The position numbers and the translations under genes were made by a program. A stretch of 64,000 nucleotides of DNA from Alphaproteobacteria bacterium (GTDB lineage Bacteria > Pseudomonadota > Alphaproteobacteria > SP197): the NCBI GenBank assembly GCA_964291265.2, contig OZ219747.1:1408001-1472000 (forward strand). The letters are read 5' to 3'. The notes below the pieces were generated by a model. It searched no databases. It had not been told where the DNA came from and saw only the letters and a program-made list of their open reading frames with translations. Of the stretch, positions 25,618-36,876 are shown piece after piece; within the stretch, counting starts at the first letter, position 1; each line of letters starts with the position of its first letter.

Positions 25618-25732
25618 GTCAGCGTTCGGTCACGGTGCAGCGATGACAGAACTGAGCGAATGCGAGTCTTGTGGGCAATGCGTGGTTGCCGCTGTCATCC
25701 TCATCACTGTCACCCTGTGACCGAACGCTTGC
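25618..25732. mobile_element. IS66-type MITE, 115 bp
   Basis: TIRs GTCAGCGTTCGGTCAC / GTGACCGAACGCTTGC; 8-bp TSD GAGTGCAG at 25610-25617 and 25733-25740. Confidence 0.85.
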
Positions 25733-26229
25733 GAGTGCAGGGCCTCGAGAACACGGCGATGCCGTCGGTCGTCCCGGTCCCCGGATTCGACCCGCGAAAC
25801 GCAGGAATGCTGCCGGGTCGCCGGGACTTCCTGCAGGGGGTGTCGTTTCCATGCCTTTGCATTCCGTGTTCAGCCGGCCCCGCGGCGAAGTCTGTTCGGT
25901 CGGGGACCCGGCGCCTGACGGCCTGACGCCCGGGCCCTTCAGTTCGGGATCGTGCACGTCCAGGATGACCTTCCTTGGCCTGAGCGTCTCGACCCGGTAC
26001 CGGGTGCAGTGTAGTGTAACGTGGCCATGATCGGGCCTCAGCAGGTGTTGTGTGACGCTGGGGGAAGAAGGCCATCTCCTGTGCGACCGCAGTTCCAGAA
26101 ACGAGAGGAATCAGGCACATTGTATCAACTGATCAGCAACCGCGGGTGCAGCTTGTCGTGTCATGGGTGACATGCCCTGCGCAAGGAGGGAGCTGAAGAC
26201 GTGACACGCTGCAATCCGGCAGGTGCCGC

Positions 26230-26634
26230 ATGATCGGTGTGGTTCTCGTGACCCACGGCCGCCTGGCCGACGAGTTTGTCGCCGCCATCAGGCATATCGT
26301 GGGTGACCAGGAGAACATGACGGCGATCTCGATCGGACCCGACGACGACATGAAGCAGCGCCGTGCCGACATCGTCGAGGCGGTTGCCGGTGTCGACAGC
26401 GGTGCAGGCGTCATCATCCTCACGGACATGTTCGGCGGCACGCCGTCCAATCTCGCCATCTCGGTCATGAACCCCGGAAAGGTGGAGGTCATCGCCGGCG
26501 TCAACCTGCCGATGCTGGTCCGACTGGCATCGGTCCGCCAGAACGCCACTGTCGAAGAGGCCGTTGCCGCGGCCCAGGAAGCAGCGCGGCGCTACATCAA
26601 CGTGGCCAGCAACCTCCTCAAGACCGAAACGTGA
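26230..26634 (+). CDS. PTS mannose/fructose-type IIA component
   Basis: MIGVVLVTHG, LTDMFGGTPSN, GVNLPML. Confidence 0.93.
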   Translation: MIGVVLVTHGRLADEFVAAIRHIVGDQENMTAISIGPDDDMKQRRADIVEAVAGVDSGAGVIILTDMFGGTPSNLAISVMNPGKVEVIAGVNLPMLVRLASVRQNATVEEAVAAAQEAARRYINVASNLLKTET

Positions 26635-26918
26635 CAGCCGGCACCTCTACCGCGGCGATGCGCCGCTGTTTCACCATTGTCAACGAACGGGGCTTGCATG
26701 CCCGGGCGGCGGCGCGCTTTGTCGCGGCACTCGACGCCTTCCATGCCACCGTCGAGGTGGAAAAGGACGGCATGAGAGTGTCCGGCAGGTCCATCATGGG
26801 CCTCATGATGCTGGCCGCCGCCATGGGCACGACCATCGAGGTCGAGGCCCATGGCGACGATGCCGGCGCCGCCCTCGATGCCCTCGCGACACTCGTCGGG
26901 AACCGGTTTGATGAGTAG
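26631..26918 (+). CDS. ptsH: Phosphocarrier protein HPr/NPr
   Basis: NERGLHARAAA (His15), SIMGLMML (Ser46). Confidence 0.93.
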   Translation: MTAGTSTAAMRRCFTIVNERGLHARAAARFVAALDAFHATVEVEKDGMRVSGRSIMGLMMLAAAMGTTIEVEAHGDDAGAALDALATLVGNRFDE

Positions 26919-28671
26919 CGGAGGCGGCCTTCGGCTGGCCGGGCTGGGAATTGCGCCGGGCATCGCCATCGGGCCGGTCTACGTCGCCGAGAGCGACGCC
27001 CTCGAAGTGCCGGTCCACGAGATCGCAACGGGTGAGGTGGCGGCGGAAATCGACCGGTTCCACGATGCCGTGGCCCGTGGACGCGAGCAACTCGCCATCC
27101 TCTCGCAGAAGGCGCTGACACTGCATGGGAGCGCTGCCGAGGAGCTTGAGTACCTGCTGGTCGCGCACAGCCGGATGCTGGAAGATTCTCGTCTGGTCCG
27201 GGGTGTCGAGGAGAGGATCCGCGACAGGCGCCTCAATGCGGAGGCCGCCGTTTCCGGGGAGGTCGGCGATATCGTCCGGGCCTTCGAGAACATGAATGAC
27301 AGCTATCTCGCCGAACGCAGCAGGGATGTGCGCGACGTCGGCAAGCGGTTGTTGCACAATCTTATGGCCACCCCGTACCGCGCCCTCACCGACCTTGCTC
27401 CGGGCACGGTCGTGGTGGCCGAGGAACTCACGCCCGCCGACACCGCGCTCCTCGACCCGCGCCGCGTGGCGGGGTTCGTGACGGCGTCGGGCGGCGCCCA
27501 GGACCACACCGGCATCCTGGCCCGGTCCCTCGGTCTGCCCGCCGTGGTCGCCACCGGAGAACGACTGCTCGCACATGTGGCGAGCGGCGACCGCGTGATC
27601 GTCGACGGCGGCACGGGCACCGTGGTGATCAATCCCGATGCCGAGGCCGAGCGGGCCTACGAGAAACGCCGCGGCGAACTCCGCCTGCAGGACCGCAAGC
27701 TCCGCCGCCTGCGCGATGTCCCCGCGGTCTCGCGCGATCAGGTCCGCATCAGCCTGCTGGCCAACGTGGAACTCGTCAGTGAAATTGATCCCGCCCTCGA
27801 CCACGGCGCCGAGGGCATTGGCCTCTTCCGCACCGAATACCTCTTTCTCAACCGCGACACCATTCCCGACGAGGACGAACAGTACGTTCACCTCGCCGAT
27901 GTCGTCGAGCGCATGGCCGGGCGCACCGTGACCATCCGGACCCTTGACGCCGGCAACGACAAGCTGCCCTATTCGCTCGGCGAACCGGTCGGCGCCGGCG
28001 CCAATCCCGCCATGGGACTGCGGGCCATTCGCCTGTCGCTCAAGGTTGGCAGTCTCCTGGAGAACCAGCTCGCTGCCATCCTGCGCGCCGGCGCCCATGG
28101 CAGGGTGCGCATCCTCCTGCCCATGATCTCGACGATCTCGGAAGTGCGCCAGGTCCGCAAGGCAAGGGACAGGGTGGCCGAACGGCTGACGAGGGCGGGC
28201 GTGGCCATTGCCGACCCGCTGCCTCCGGTCGGCATCATGATCGAGATCCCCGGCGCCGCGCTCGCGGCTGATTCCCTGGCCGGGGTCAGCGACTTCTTCT
28301 CGATCGGCACCAACGACCTCACCATGTACACGCTTGCCATCGACCGCGGCGACGACCAGGTGGCCCATCTCTACAATCCGCTTCACCCGGCAGTGCTGCG
28401 GCTCATCCAGTTCACCACCGCTGCCGCCGAGCGCGCCGGTATCGGCGTCAACGTCTGCGGCGAGATGGCGGGCGACGAGAGAATGACGGCGATTCTCGTC
28501 GGCCTCGGTATCCGCGAACTTTCCATGGCCTCATCGGGGGTGCCGCGGGTGAAGCAGCGCATCCGCAGCCTCGACATCAGCGAGGCAGCACGGCGGACCG
28601 GGGCGATCATGGAACAGAACGACGCCGGCATGGTGGCAAGCCTTCTCGACGACTTCAACACGCTCGCCTGA
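26911..28671 (+). CDS. ptsI: Phosphoenolpyruvate-protein phosphotransferase (EI, no GAF domain)
   Basis: HTGILARS, GIGLFRTE, NPAMGLRAIR, SIGTNDL, CGEMAGD. Confidence 0.93.
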   Translation: MSSGGGLRLAGLGIAPGIAIGPVYVAESDALEVPVHEIATGEVAAEIDRFHDAVARGREQLAILSQKALTLHGSAAEELEYLLVAHSRMLEDSRLVRGVEERIRDRRLNAEAAVSGEVGDIVRAFENMNDSYLAERSRDVRDVGKRLLHNLMATPYRALTDLAPGTVVVAEELTPADTALLDPRRVAGFVTASGGAQDHTGILARSLGLPAVVATGERLLAHVASGDRVIVDGGTGTVVINPDAEAERAYEKRRGELRLQDRKLRRLRDVPAVSRDQVRISLLANVELVSEIDPALDHGAEGIGLFRTEYLFLNRDTIPDEDEQYVHLADVVERMAGRTVTIRTLDAGNDKLPYSLGEPVGAGANPAMGLRAIRLSLKVGSLLENQLAAILRAGAHGRVRILLPMISTISEVRQVRKARDRVAERLTRAGVAIADPLPPVGIMIEIPGAALAADSLAGVSDFFSIGTNDLTMYTLAIDRGDDQVAHLYNPLHPAVLRLIQFTTAAAERAGIGVNVCGEMAGDERMTAILVGLGIRELSMASSGVPRVKQRIRSLDISEAARRTGAIMEQNDAGMVASLLDDFNTLA

Positions 28672-28738
28672 GGCGGTGGACGGCTCCGCAGGTCTCTGAT
28701 AAGCGATGCGACCCTCGGGTCGAATGGATGGCATGGTC

Positions 28739-30040
<1,302 letters not shown>

Positions 30041-30049
30041 TGGTGCGGC

Positions 30050-31066
30050 TCAGGAACCTGGCACGCCTCTCGTCGTCGAGTATTCGAAGCGAAGCGGCTT
30101 GTCAGGCCACACCAGGGAATGGATGTCATGGGCGGCCATGGCGGCTTCGCTGAAACCGGAGAGAATCAGTTTCAGCTTGCCTGGATAGGTGACGATGTCA
30201 CCGATGGCATGGATGCCTGGTGTCGACGTGGCGCATGTCGCCGGATCGACACTGATGAGGTTCCTCTCCAGGTTGAGGCCCCAGCTGGCGATGGGCCCCA
30301 GTTCCATGCGGAGACCGTAGAAGGCCAGCAGGAGATCGGCCTCGAGACTCCTCGTGCGGCCATCGAGGTCGGCTACGACGACTCTCTCGAGACGTCCCTC
30401 GCTGCCCTCGAGTCCGTGAAGCTGCCAGGGCACCACCCGTTCGACCTCGCCCGACTCGACGAGCGCCTCGAAGCGGCGCACGGTCTCGGGCGCGGCCCGG
30501 AACCGGTTGCGGCGGTGCACCACCTGGATGCGCGCGGCGATGCCGTTGAGGGCCAGCACCCAATCGAGGGCGGAATCGCCGCCACCGGCGATCACGATGT
30601 TCTTGCCCCGGTGATCTTCCTTGCGTGTCACGAGATAGGCGACGGACCCCTCCTCCTCGAAGGCCTCGATACCGGCAATCGGTGGCCGGTTGGGTCCGAA
30701 AGCGCCGCACCCTGCGGCAATGACGACAGCCTTGCAGGCGATGACCGTGCCGGTGGATGTGGTGACGGCAAAGGCGCCGGCCTCGCCGCCGAGACGGACA
30801 ACCTGCTGGTCGAGGTGGTAGACCGGCGCGAAGGTAGCGGCCTGGCGTTCGAGACGGTCGATCAGGTCCCGGGCCTCGACCACGGTGAGGGCCGGGATGT
30901 CGTAGATCGGCTTTTCCGGATAGAGTGCCGTGCACTGGCCACCAATGGCATCGAGGGCGTCGACCACGTGGCACTGCATGTCGAGCATCCCCGCCTCGAA
31001 CACCTGGAAGAGGCCCACGGGCCCGGCTCCGACAATGACGATGTCGGTCTCGTGCGATGTGTGCAT
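30050..31066 (-). CDS. Ferredoxin-NADP reductase (thioredoxin-reductase-like)
   Basis: GAGPVG, GGQCTALYPEKPIYDIP, GGGDSALDW, YPGKLKLILSGF; no CxxC. Confidence 0.9.
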   Translation of the reverse strand: MHTSHETDIVIVGAGPVGLFQVFEAGMLDMQCHVVDALDAIGGQCTALYPEKPIYDIPALTVVEARDLIDRLERQAATFAPVYHLDQQVVRLGGEAGAFAVTTSTGTVIACKAVVIAAGCGAFGPNRPPIAGIEAFEEEGSVAYLVTRKEDHRGKNIVIAGGGDSALDWVLALNGIAARIQVVHRRNRFRAAPETVRRFEALVESGEVERVVPWQLHGLEGSEGRLERVVVADLDGRTRSLEADLLLAFYGLRMELGPIASWGLNLERNLISVDPATCATSTPGIHAIGDIVTYPGKLKLILSGFSEAAMAAHDIHSLVWPDKPLRFEYSTTRGVPGS

Positions 31067-31143
31067 GGCCGGTATCCTGTCCACAGGTCTCACAAGGCTT
31101 ACCCGAAGGCGGTGGGAGGGAACAACCCGGTTGGGGATTCTCC

Positions 31144-32130
31144 ATGAGCGCCATGCGCGAGAACGAGATCAGGGAGTTCCTGCAGCACTGCGGCTGGGAC
31201 GATGCGCGGCGCCGGCCGATTCCAGGCGACGCCTCCTTCCGCCGCTACGAGCGCCTGGAAGGGCCGAAGGGCCGGGCAGTCCTCATGGATGCGTCGCCGG
31301 ATGTCGAGGATGTCAGGCCCTTCGTGCGCATCGCCCGGCACCTCATCGCTGTCGGCCTCTCCGCCCCGGCCATTCTGGCCGGGGATGTCGCGAGGGGCCT
31401 GCTTCTCCTCGAGGATCTTGGCGACGGTCTCTACAACCGCATTCTCGACGAGGGGGCCGACGAAGGACTTCTCTACCGTGCCGCCGTGGAGGCGCTGGCA
31501 CGGCTCCACGGGAAACCGGTCCCGGAAGACGTTCCCCCCTACAGCGACGACCTCTTTCTCTTCGAGGTCTCTCTCGTGACCGACTGGTTCATGCCGCTCG
31601 CCGGCCTCGAGATCAGCCGCGCCGGTCGCGCTGACTTCCTCGCCCTGTGGCGCGACCTCCTGCCGCTGGCACGCAGAGTACCCGCCTGTGTGGTCCTCAG
31701 GGACTACCACGCCGACAACCTCCTGTGGCTGCCGGCGCGCGACGGTGTGGCGCGGGTGGGTCAGCTCGACTTCCAGGATGCGGTTGCCGGCCCGGTGACC
31801 TATGACATCGTCTCGCTGCTCAAGGATGTCAGGAGGAGGGTCTCCCCGGAGACCGTGGAGATGTGCAGAGCCCACTACCTCACCCTGATGCCGCATATCG
31901 ATCCCGGGGTCTTCGCCACATCCGCGATGATCATGACGGCCCAGCGCAACCTGAAGATTGCCGGCATCTTCAGCCGCCTGCTGGGCCGTGACGGAAAGAC
32001 GGCCTACCAGAGGTTCATGCCGAGAGCCTGGGAGCTCGTCACCGACAGCCTCGGCTGTCATCATCTGGCGCCTCTGGTGGCATGGCTCGACCGCTGGGTC
32101 CCGCAGCAGGCGCGGCGAGGCGTGGCATGA
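31144..32130 (+). CDS. amgK: N-acetylmuramate/GlcNAc kinase (APH family)
   Basis: GDASFRRY, LLLEDLGD, LRDYHADN, DFQDA; coupled to murU. Confidence 0.85.
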   Translation: MSAMRENEIREFLQHCGWDDARRRPIPGDASFRRYERLEGPKGRAVLMDASPDVEDVRPFVRIARHLIAVGLSAPAILAGDVARGLLLLEDLGDGLYNRILDEGADEGLLYRAAVEALARLHGKPVPEDVPPYSDDLFLFEVSLVTDWFMPLAGLEISRAGRADFLALWRDLLPLARRVPACVVLRDYHADNLLWLPARDGVARVGQLDFQDAVAGPVTYDIVSLLKDVRRRVSPETVEMCRAHYLTLMPHIDPGVFATSAMIMTAQRNLKIAGIFSRLLGRDGKTAYQRFMPRAWELVTDSLGCHHLAPLVAWLDRWVPQQARRGVA

Positions 32131-32858
32131 CGGCCCTGAAACGCGCCATGATCCTTGCTGCCGGGCGGGGGAAGCGCATGCGGCCGCTGAGCGATCGCAT
32201 GCCCAAACCCGTCATTCCCGTCGCCGGACAATCCGCGCTCGACCGCATGCTGGACAGGCTGGCCGGTTTCGAGTGTGTGGTGATCAACGCCTGGCATCTT
32301 GCCGAAAAGATCGAGGCGGCTGTGGCCACCCGGCGCGAGCCACCGGTGGTGGTGGTGCGTGAGGAGCGTGTTCTGGGCACCGGTGGAGGGGTGGCGAACG
32401 CCCTTGCACTCCTCGGTGATGAGCCCTTTCTTGTCGCCAACGGCGATGTCTTCCTCGGCGAATCGCCCGGCCCCCCGGTCCTGGGAACCCTGGCCGGGGC
32501 ATGGGACGGCGACAGCACGGATGCCCTGCTGCTTCTGGTGGAAAGGGAGCGCGCCTGGGGTTACCGCTACGCGGGGGACTTCGCCATGACTGACGGGAAC
32601 CGTCTTCTTGCCCGGGGTGGGCGCGACTCCGCACCCTATGTCTACGCCAGCCTGCAGATCGTCCATCCCCGGCTCTTCGAGGGAGCGCCTGAAGGTCCTT
32701 TCTCCTTCACTCTCCTGTGGGACCGGGCAGCTCGGCGCGGGAGGCTCCGCGGCGTGGCGTGGCGTGGCGGCTGGATGACGGTCGATACCGTCGACAACCT
32801 TGCCGCAGCCGGCGACTGGCTTGCCGCGCCGGACAGGAATCGTGAACAGGTGGTTTGA
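32127..32858 (+). CDS. murU: MurNAc-1-phosphate uridylyltransferase-like nucleotidyltransferase
   Basis: AMILAAGRGKRMRPLS-PKP, LGTGGG, NGD. Confidence 0.85.
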   Translation: MTALKRAMILAAGRGKRMRPLSDRMPKPVIPVAGQSALDRMLDRLAGFECVVINAWHLAEKIEAAVATRREPPVVVVREERVLGTGGGVANALALLGDEPFLVANGDVFLGESPGPPVLGTLAGAWDGDSTDALLLLVERERAWGYRYAGDFAMTDGNRLLARGGRDSAPYVYASLQIVHPRLFEGAPEGPFSFTLLWDRAARRGRLRGVAWRGGWMTVDTVDNLAAAGDWLAAPDRNREQVV

Positions 32859-32929
32859 CCAGGACCATTCTTTTGTCGGGCCTGTGGATTGTTGATGCGA
32901 CAGGGACCTGGCATGGTTGAGGCGCCCCG

Positions 32930-33750
32930 GGTTCACTGTGGGCTGGTTTCAGGGCGGCGAACTGAGCGAATGCGCTCACGCCGCGGTAGCCGGCGAGCCG
33001 GGCTGCGACGGCGATCGCGAGAATGGTTCTCAGCGGATAGCGCTTGCCCCGGGGCTTGCGGCACTCGGGCACCTCGCCCAGGCAGGCGAACAGGCTGCGC
33101 AGCCCGGACGAGGCCATCGGCCCGGCATGGTCGTGCTGCTTGAGCGTTCCAGCTCTCCGGGATCGCGTCCCGGCTCAGCGCCTCGGCAGCGCCGTCGGTC
33201 AGTTCGTCCATGAAGATCTCCCTGGGCTGGCTGTGGCGGGGCAAGCGCGCGGAGCCGCCGGGCTTGCGACCGAAGCCTGAGCGATAGCAGGTTCCGGCGA
33301 AGCGCTTGATGTCGACGAACGTCTCCGCGAGGAACACCTGGATATCCGTGCGCGGCCTCGACATTGAGCGGACAGCCGCCGCAGGCTTGAGGCCGGGCAC
33401 GCTCAGACGCCAGGTTCGGCACCCTTCGGGCCAGGAATGGCGAACCGGGAATTGTTCGCGATCAAGTGCAGGCGCCGGAACTGCTGCTCAAGCAGTCCAG
33501 CCGATCCAGCGGTTGCGTGCAGCAAGCTTGAACTCAGCCCGGCTGCCAGCCGACCAGCGCCACCGAGGTCTCGCCCGCCAGAGCGACGTGGCGCAGGTTC
33601 CTTTCCGATGATGCCCGAGAAACCTCAGGTCGTGATGCTCCTTGACCAGACGATCCCAGAGCCGGTGCTCACGTGCTCCACGGGTCGGGTTTGACCGTCA
33701 CCACAGCGAAGGTCGATGAGGGAATCCGGGTTCGCAAGCGTCGTCATGCC
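32930..33750 (-). pseudogene. DUF4338-ISAs1 fusion transposase, frameshifted and truncated
   Basis: Fragments ARNRWIGW, LHLIANNSRF, VPNLAS, LAETFVD-RFAGTCY, then VPECRKPRGKRYPLRTILAIAVAARLAGY (ISAs1 N-terminus); bounds approximate. Confidence 0.8.
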
Positions 33751-33896
33751 GGCACACTGCCAGGGCGAAAATCAGCCTGCGCCGAGTTCCGGGACGACAA
33801 CGGAAAAGTCTTGGTCGAGCCGGCGGGGGAATTGCATTCCCGGCGGCCGGATGGTACGAATATCCGACTTTCCAACATTGGTCGCGGGGGGCCGCC

Positions 33897-34190
33897 ATGC
33901 CATTCGTCACGGTGAAGGCGAAGTTCCAGGTCACCATTCCGGCCGGGTTGCGCAAGGACATTGATCTTCGCGAAGGCGACCTCATGGAGGCGACGCTCGT
34001 GAGCGACGGAATCCTGCTGAGGCCCAAGGAGGTGGTGGACCGCAAGGCAGCGGCCAACCGGATCGCCGCAACGCTTGCGGTGGCCCGGCCTTCGTCCAGG
34101 GATCGCGGGCTCACCGAGGACGAGATCATGGAGGAGACGGTCGCGGAGATATCCGCCTCGCGCCGTGAGCGCCGCGCCCGTGCTGGATGA
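33897..34190 (+). CDS. AbrB/MazE/SpoVT-family antitoxin
   Basis: VKAKFQVTIPAGLRK-LREGD-GILLRP. Confidence 0.88.
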   Translation: MPFVTVKAKFQVTIPAGLRKDIDLREGDLMEATLVSDGILLRPKEVVDRKAAANRIAATLAVARPSSRDRGLTEDEIMEETVAEISASRRERRARAG

Positions 34191-34564
34191 AGGTCGTGCT
34201 GGATTGCCATGTCGTGGTGGCGGCGGCGCGAACCGACGGCGCGTGCCGCAAAGCGATCGACAGGGTGATGCGGGATCACGAGCTCATCCTGTCGGAATAC
34301 GAAACGGTTGCCGCTCGGCCCGCCCAGGCGTCCTGCCGCGAAGCCCTGGAAGTGGTCATCCGGGAGATCGCGCGTCTGGCGGTCACGGTTGAGCCGGCGG
34401 ACCGCGCATTCGGCCTGCGCGACCCCGACGACGAGGTTTATCTGGCGACTGCCGCGGCCGGCGGCGCGATCCCTGTCACCGGCAATGTGCGGGATTTCAC
34501 GAAGCCGCGCTACGGGCCTGTCGAGATATGGTCGCCGCGCGTGTTTCTCGACCGCATGAGCTGA
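34187..34564 (+). CDS. PIN-domain toxin (VapC-like)
   Basis: MKVVLD, RDPDDEVYLATA, VTGNVRDF; ATGA overlap with the antitoxin. Confidence 0.85.
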   Translation: MKVVLDCHVVVAAARTDGACRKAIDRVMRDHELILSEYETVAARPAQASCREALEVVIREIARLAVTVEPADRAFGLRDPDDEVYLATAAAGGAIPVTGNVRDFTKPRYGPVEIWSPRVFLDRMS

Positions 34565-35110
34565 TCGGGCTTCGGCTTGGTCCATCGCCTCACGGCACGC
34601 TGAAACCGGCACTGGCCAGGGCCGGGCGGACCGCACCAATGACTTTTTGGGGCAGGGTGCGCCGCGGGCGGCCACGTGACGCCGAGGCTGCGAGTTTCTG
34701 GATGTGCACCGCGCCTCGGACTCGCTCGCCGGCAGAGGCGTTGATGCTCTCGTTGAGGGATGTCGATCGCCGCCCCGACAAGGCGGATAGCAGCGGTTGG
34801 CGTCGGAGAGCATCCGGGGCGAGGGCCGGCCCAGGACCGCCTTCACGCTGTCTGCGTTCAACTCCGGCAGGGTGTGGCTGAGGGTCTCGCCGCCACGGTT
34901 GGCGGCGACCGGGACCGGCACCTGCCAAGCGTTTGAGGTCGCGCTTCCTGGCCTTGCCGCCGCGCCGGCGCCTGCCTGACAAGCCTTCAGGAAGCGCGGC
35001 TGCCCTTTCGACTGTCTGCACCCAGAAGATCGCGGGCCGCATCGTCCAAATCAGCCTGCGCCGAGCTCCGGGGCGACAACAGAAAGGTCTTGGTGGTTTG
35101 ACCGTTCCGC

Positions 35111-35138
35111 TTGACGGGCGTCGTCGCGCTTCTAGATT
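35111..35138 (+). promoter_or_regulatory. Putative sigma70 promoter of trxA
   Basis: TTGACG-16 bp-TAGATT. Confidence 0.5.
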
Positions 35139-35196
35139 GGTAGCCGCTGCGTCTGCACGACACACAACCCGGCGCACGTCTCGGAAGGGAACACTC

Positions 35197-35517
35197 ATGA
35201 CCATTCGTCACGTCACCGATGATTCGTTCGAGGAGGACGTCCTCCAGGCGTCCGGACCCGTGCTGGTCGATTTCTGGGCCGAATGGTGCGGTCCGTGCAA
35301 GCAGATCGCGCCGACGCTCGAGGACCTTGCCCGACACTACCAGGACAAGGTCCGGGTGGTGAAGGTCAACATCGACGAGAATCCGTCCACACCGTCACGC
35401 TACGGTGTGCGCGGCATCCCCACGATCATGATGTTCAAGGCCGGAGAAGTGGCAGCGGTCAAGGTGGGCGCGCTGCCGAAGAGCCGGCTCTTCGAGTGGG
35501 TCGACAATTCCATGTGA
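35197..35517 (+). CDS. trxA: Thioredoxin
   Basis: [19 protein letters not shown]. Confidence 0.97.
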   Translation: MTIRHVTDDSFEEDVLQASGPVLVDFWAEWCGPCKQIAPTLEDLARHYQDKVRVVKVNIDENPSTPSRYGVRGIPTIMMFKAGEVAAVKVGALPKSRLFEWVDNSM

Positions 35518-35546
35518 GACAGCGTCGGCCGCAGGCACGACCGGAC

Positions 35547-36866
35547 ATGACATCACCCCCGGACTGTCCGGATCCAAGGTGGATTGATGTCCTGATTCCC
35601 GACATGTGGGGGATCCCCCGTGGCAAGCGTCTGGACGCCTCGGCCATGGAGAAGGTCCTGACGACGGGAATCGTGCTCCCCGGGTCCACCTACGCGATGG
35701 ACATGCAGGGCAACAATGTCGAAAGCACCGGCGTAGGTTTTGCCGACGGCGATCCCGACTATCCCTGCCATGCCGTCAGCGAAACCCTGGCTCCGGTGCC
35801 GTGGCTGGGCTCGGATCATGTTCAGGTCGTGCTGTCGATGTGTGACGCCTCGGCCCGGCCCTGGTGGCTCGACCCGCGTCACATCGTCAAGCGCATGGTC
35901 ACGTCTCTCGGCGCACTGGGGTACCGGGCCAGGGTTGCCTTCGAACTGGAGTTCTACCTGGTCGAACGCGACAGGGACGGCACACTGCACATGGCGCCAC
36001 CGCCCGGCAGCAGCCAGCGGCCGTCCGAGACCCAGGTCTACCTGATGGATGATGTCGAGGCCTATGGGCCGATTCTGGGCGACATGGTGACAACATGCCG
36101 CAGGCAGAACATTCCGGCGGACGTCATCACCATGGAGTACGCACCGGCACAGTTCGAAATCAATCTTCACTACGGTGACGATCCCCTGACTGCCTGCGAT
36201 CACGCCTTCCTGATGAAACGCGCCATCAAGGCCGTCGCCAGGTCGCACGGCATGACAGCGACATTCATGGCGCGGCCGTTCGATGGTTTCGCCGCCAGCG
36301 GCGCGCACGTCCATATCTCGCTCCTCGACGACGAGGGACGCAATGTCTTCGATGACGGCAGCGACGAGGGAAGCGACATCATGCGCCATGCCGTTGCCGG
36401 TCTCGCGGCCACGATGGGCGAGGCGATGCCGATCTGGGCGCCCGGCGCCAACTCATACAGGCGCCTTGCCCCGGGGGGTTGGGTGTCGCTGGCGGCAAGC
36501 TGGGGATACAACAACCGCGACATGTCCCTGCGCATTCCCGGCGGCGCTGCCTCGGGACGCAGGATCGAACACCGCACCGCCGGCGCCGATGCCAACCCCT
36601 ACCTCGTCCTGGCGGCGATCCTTGCCGGTCTCAACCACGGCCTTTCGAACCGATTGGATCCGGGTCCGCCCGCCAGCGCCGACCCGGCCGCCCTGCCGGT
36701 GCTCTGGGTCGATGCGCTTCGTTCCTTCGATCAGGCGGGTGTTCTACCCGGATACTTCACACCGGAGTGGTGGAAGGTCTACAGCGCCCTCGCCTGGTCG
36801 GAGTTCCACGCCTTCAACAGCCACGTCACGACGCTGGAGCAGGACCGGTTCCTCACCCTCGTGTGA
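35547..36866 (+). CDS. Glutamine synthetase-like gamma-glutamyl ligase (PuuA-like)
   Basis: GIPRGK, ELEFYL, EYAPAQFEIN, TFMARP, SGAHVHIS, NSYRR, RIEHR-DANPY. Confidence 0.88.
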   Translation: MTSPPDCPDPRWIDVLIPDMWGIPRGKRLDASAMEKVLTTGIVLPGSTYAMDMQGNNVESTGVGFADGDPDYPCHAVSETLAPVPWLGSDHVQVVLSMCDASARPWWLDPRHIVKRMVTSLGALGYRARVAFELEFYLVERDRDGTLHMAPPPGSSQRPSETQVYLMDDVEAYGPILGDMVTTCRRQNIPADVITMEYAPAQFEINLHYGDDPLTACDHAFLMKRAIKAVARSHGMTATFMARPFDGFAASGAHVHISLLDDEGRNVFDDGSDEGSDIMRHAVAGLAATMGEAMPIWAPGANSYRRLAPGGWVSLAASWGYNNRDMSLRIPGGAASGRRIEHRTAGADANPYLVLAAILAGLNHGLSNRLDPGPPASADPAALPVLWVDALRSFDQAGVLPGYFTPEWWKVYSALAWSEFHAFNSHVTTLEQDRFLTLV

Positions 36867-36876
36867 TCCCCTCCGG

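Larger units (their letters stand above)
32860..35092. mobile_element. ISAs1-type composite element carrying a toxin-antitoxin pair
   Basis: Imperfect TIRs CAGGACCATTCTTTTGTCG / CGACAACAGAAAGGTCTTG; 10-bp TSD GTGGTTTGAC at 32850-32859 and 35093-35102; extra internal end at about 33768-33813. Confidence 0.85.

Noticed and set aside
32930-33750. Druantia anti-phage system
   Set aside because: Only DUF4338 fragments joined to an ISAs1 transposase inside IS ends; no DruE-like helicase or other partner genes.
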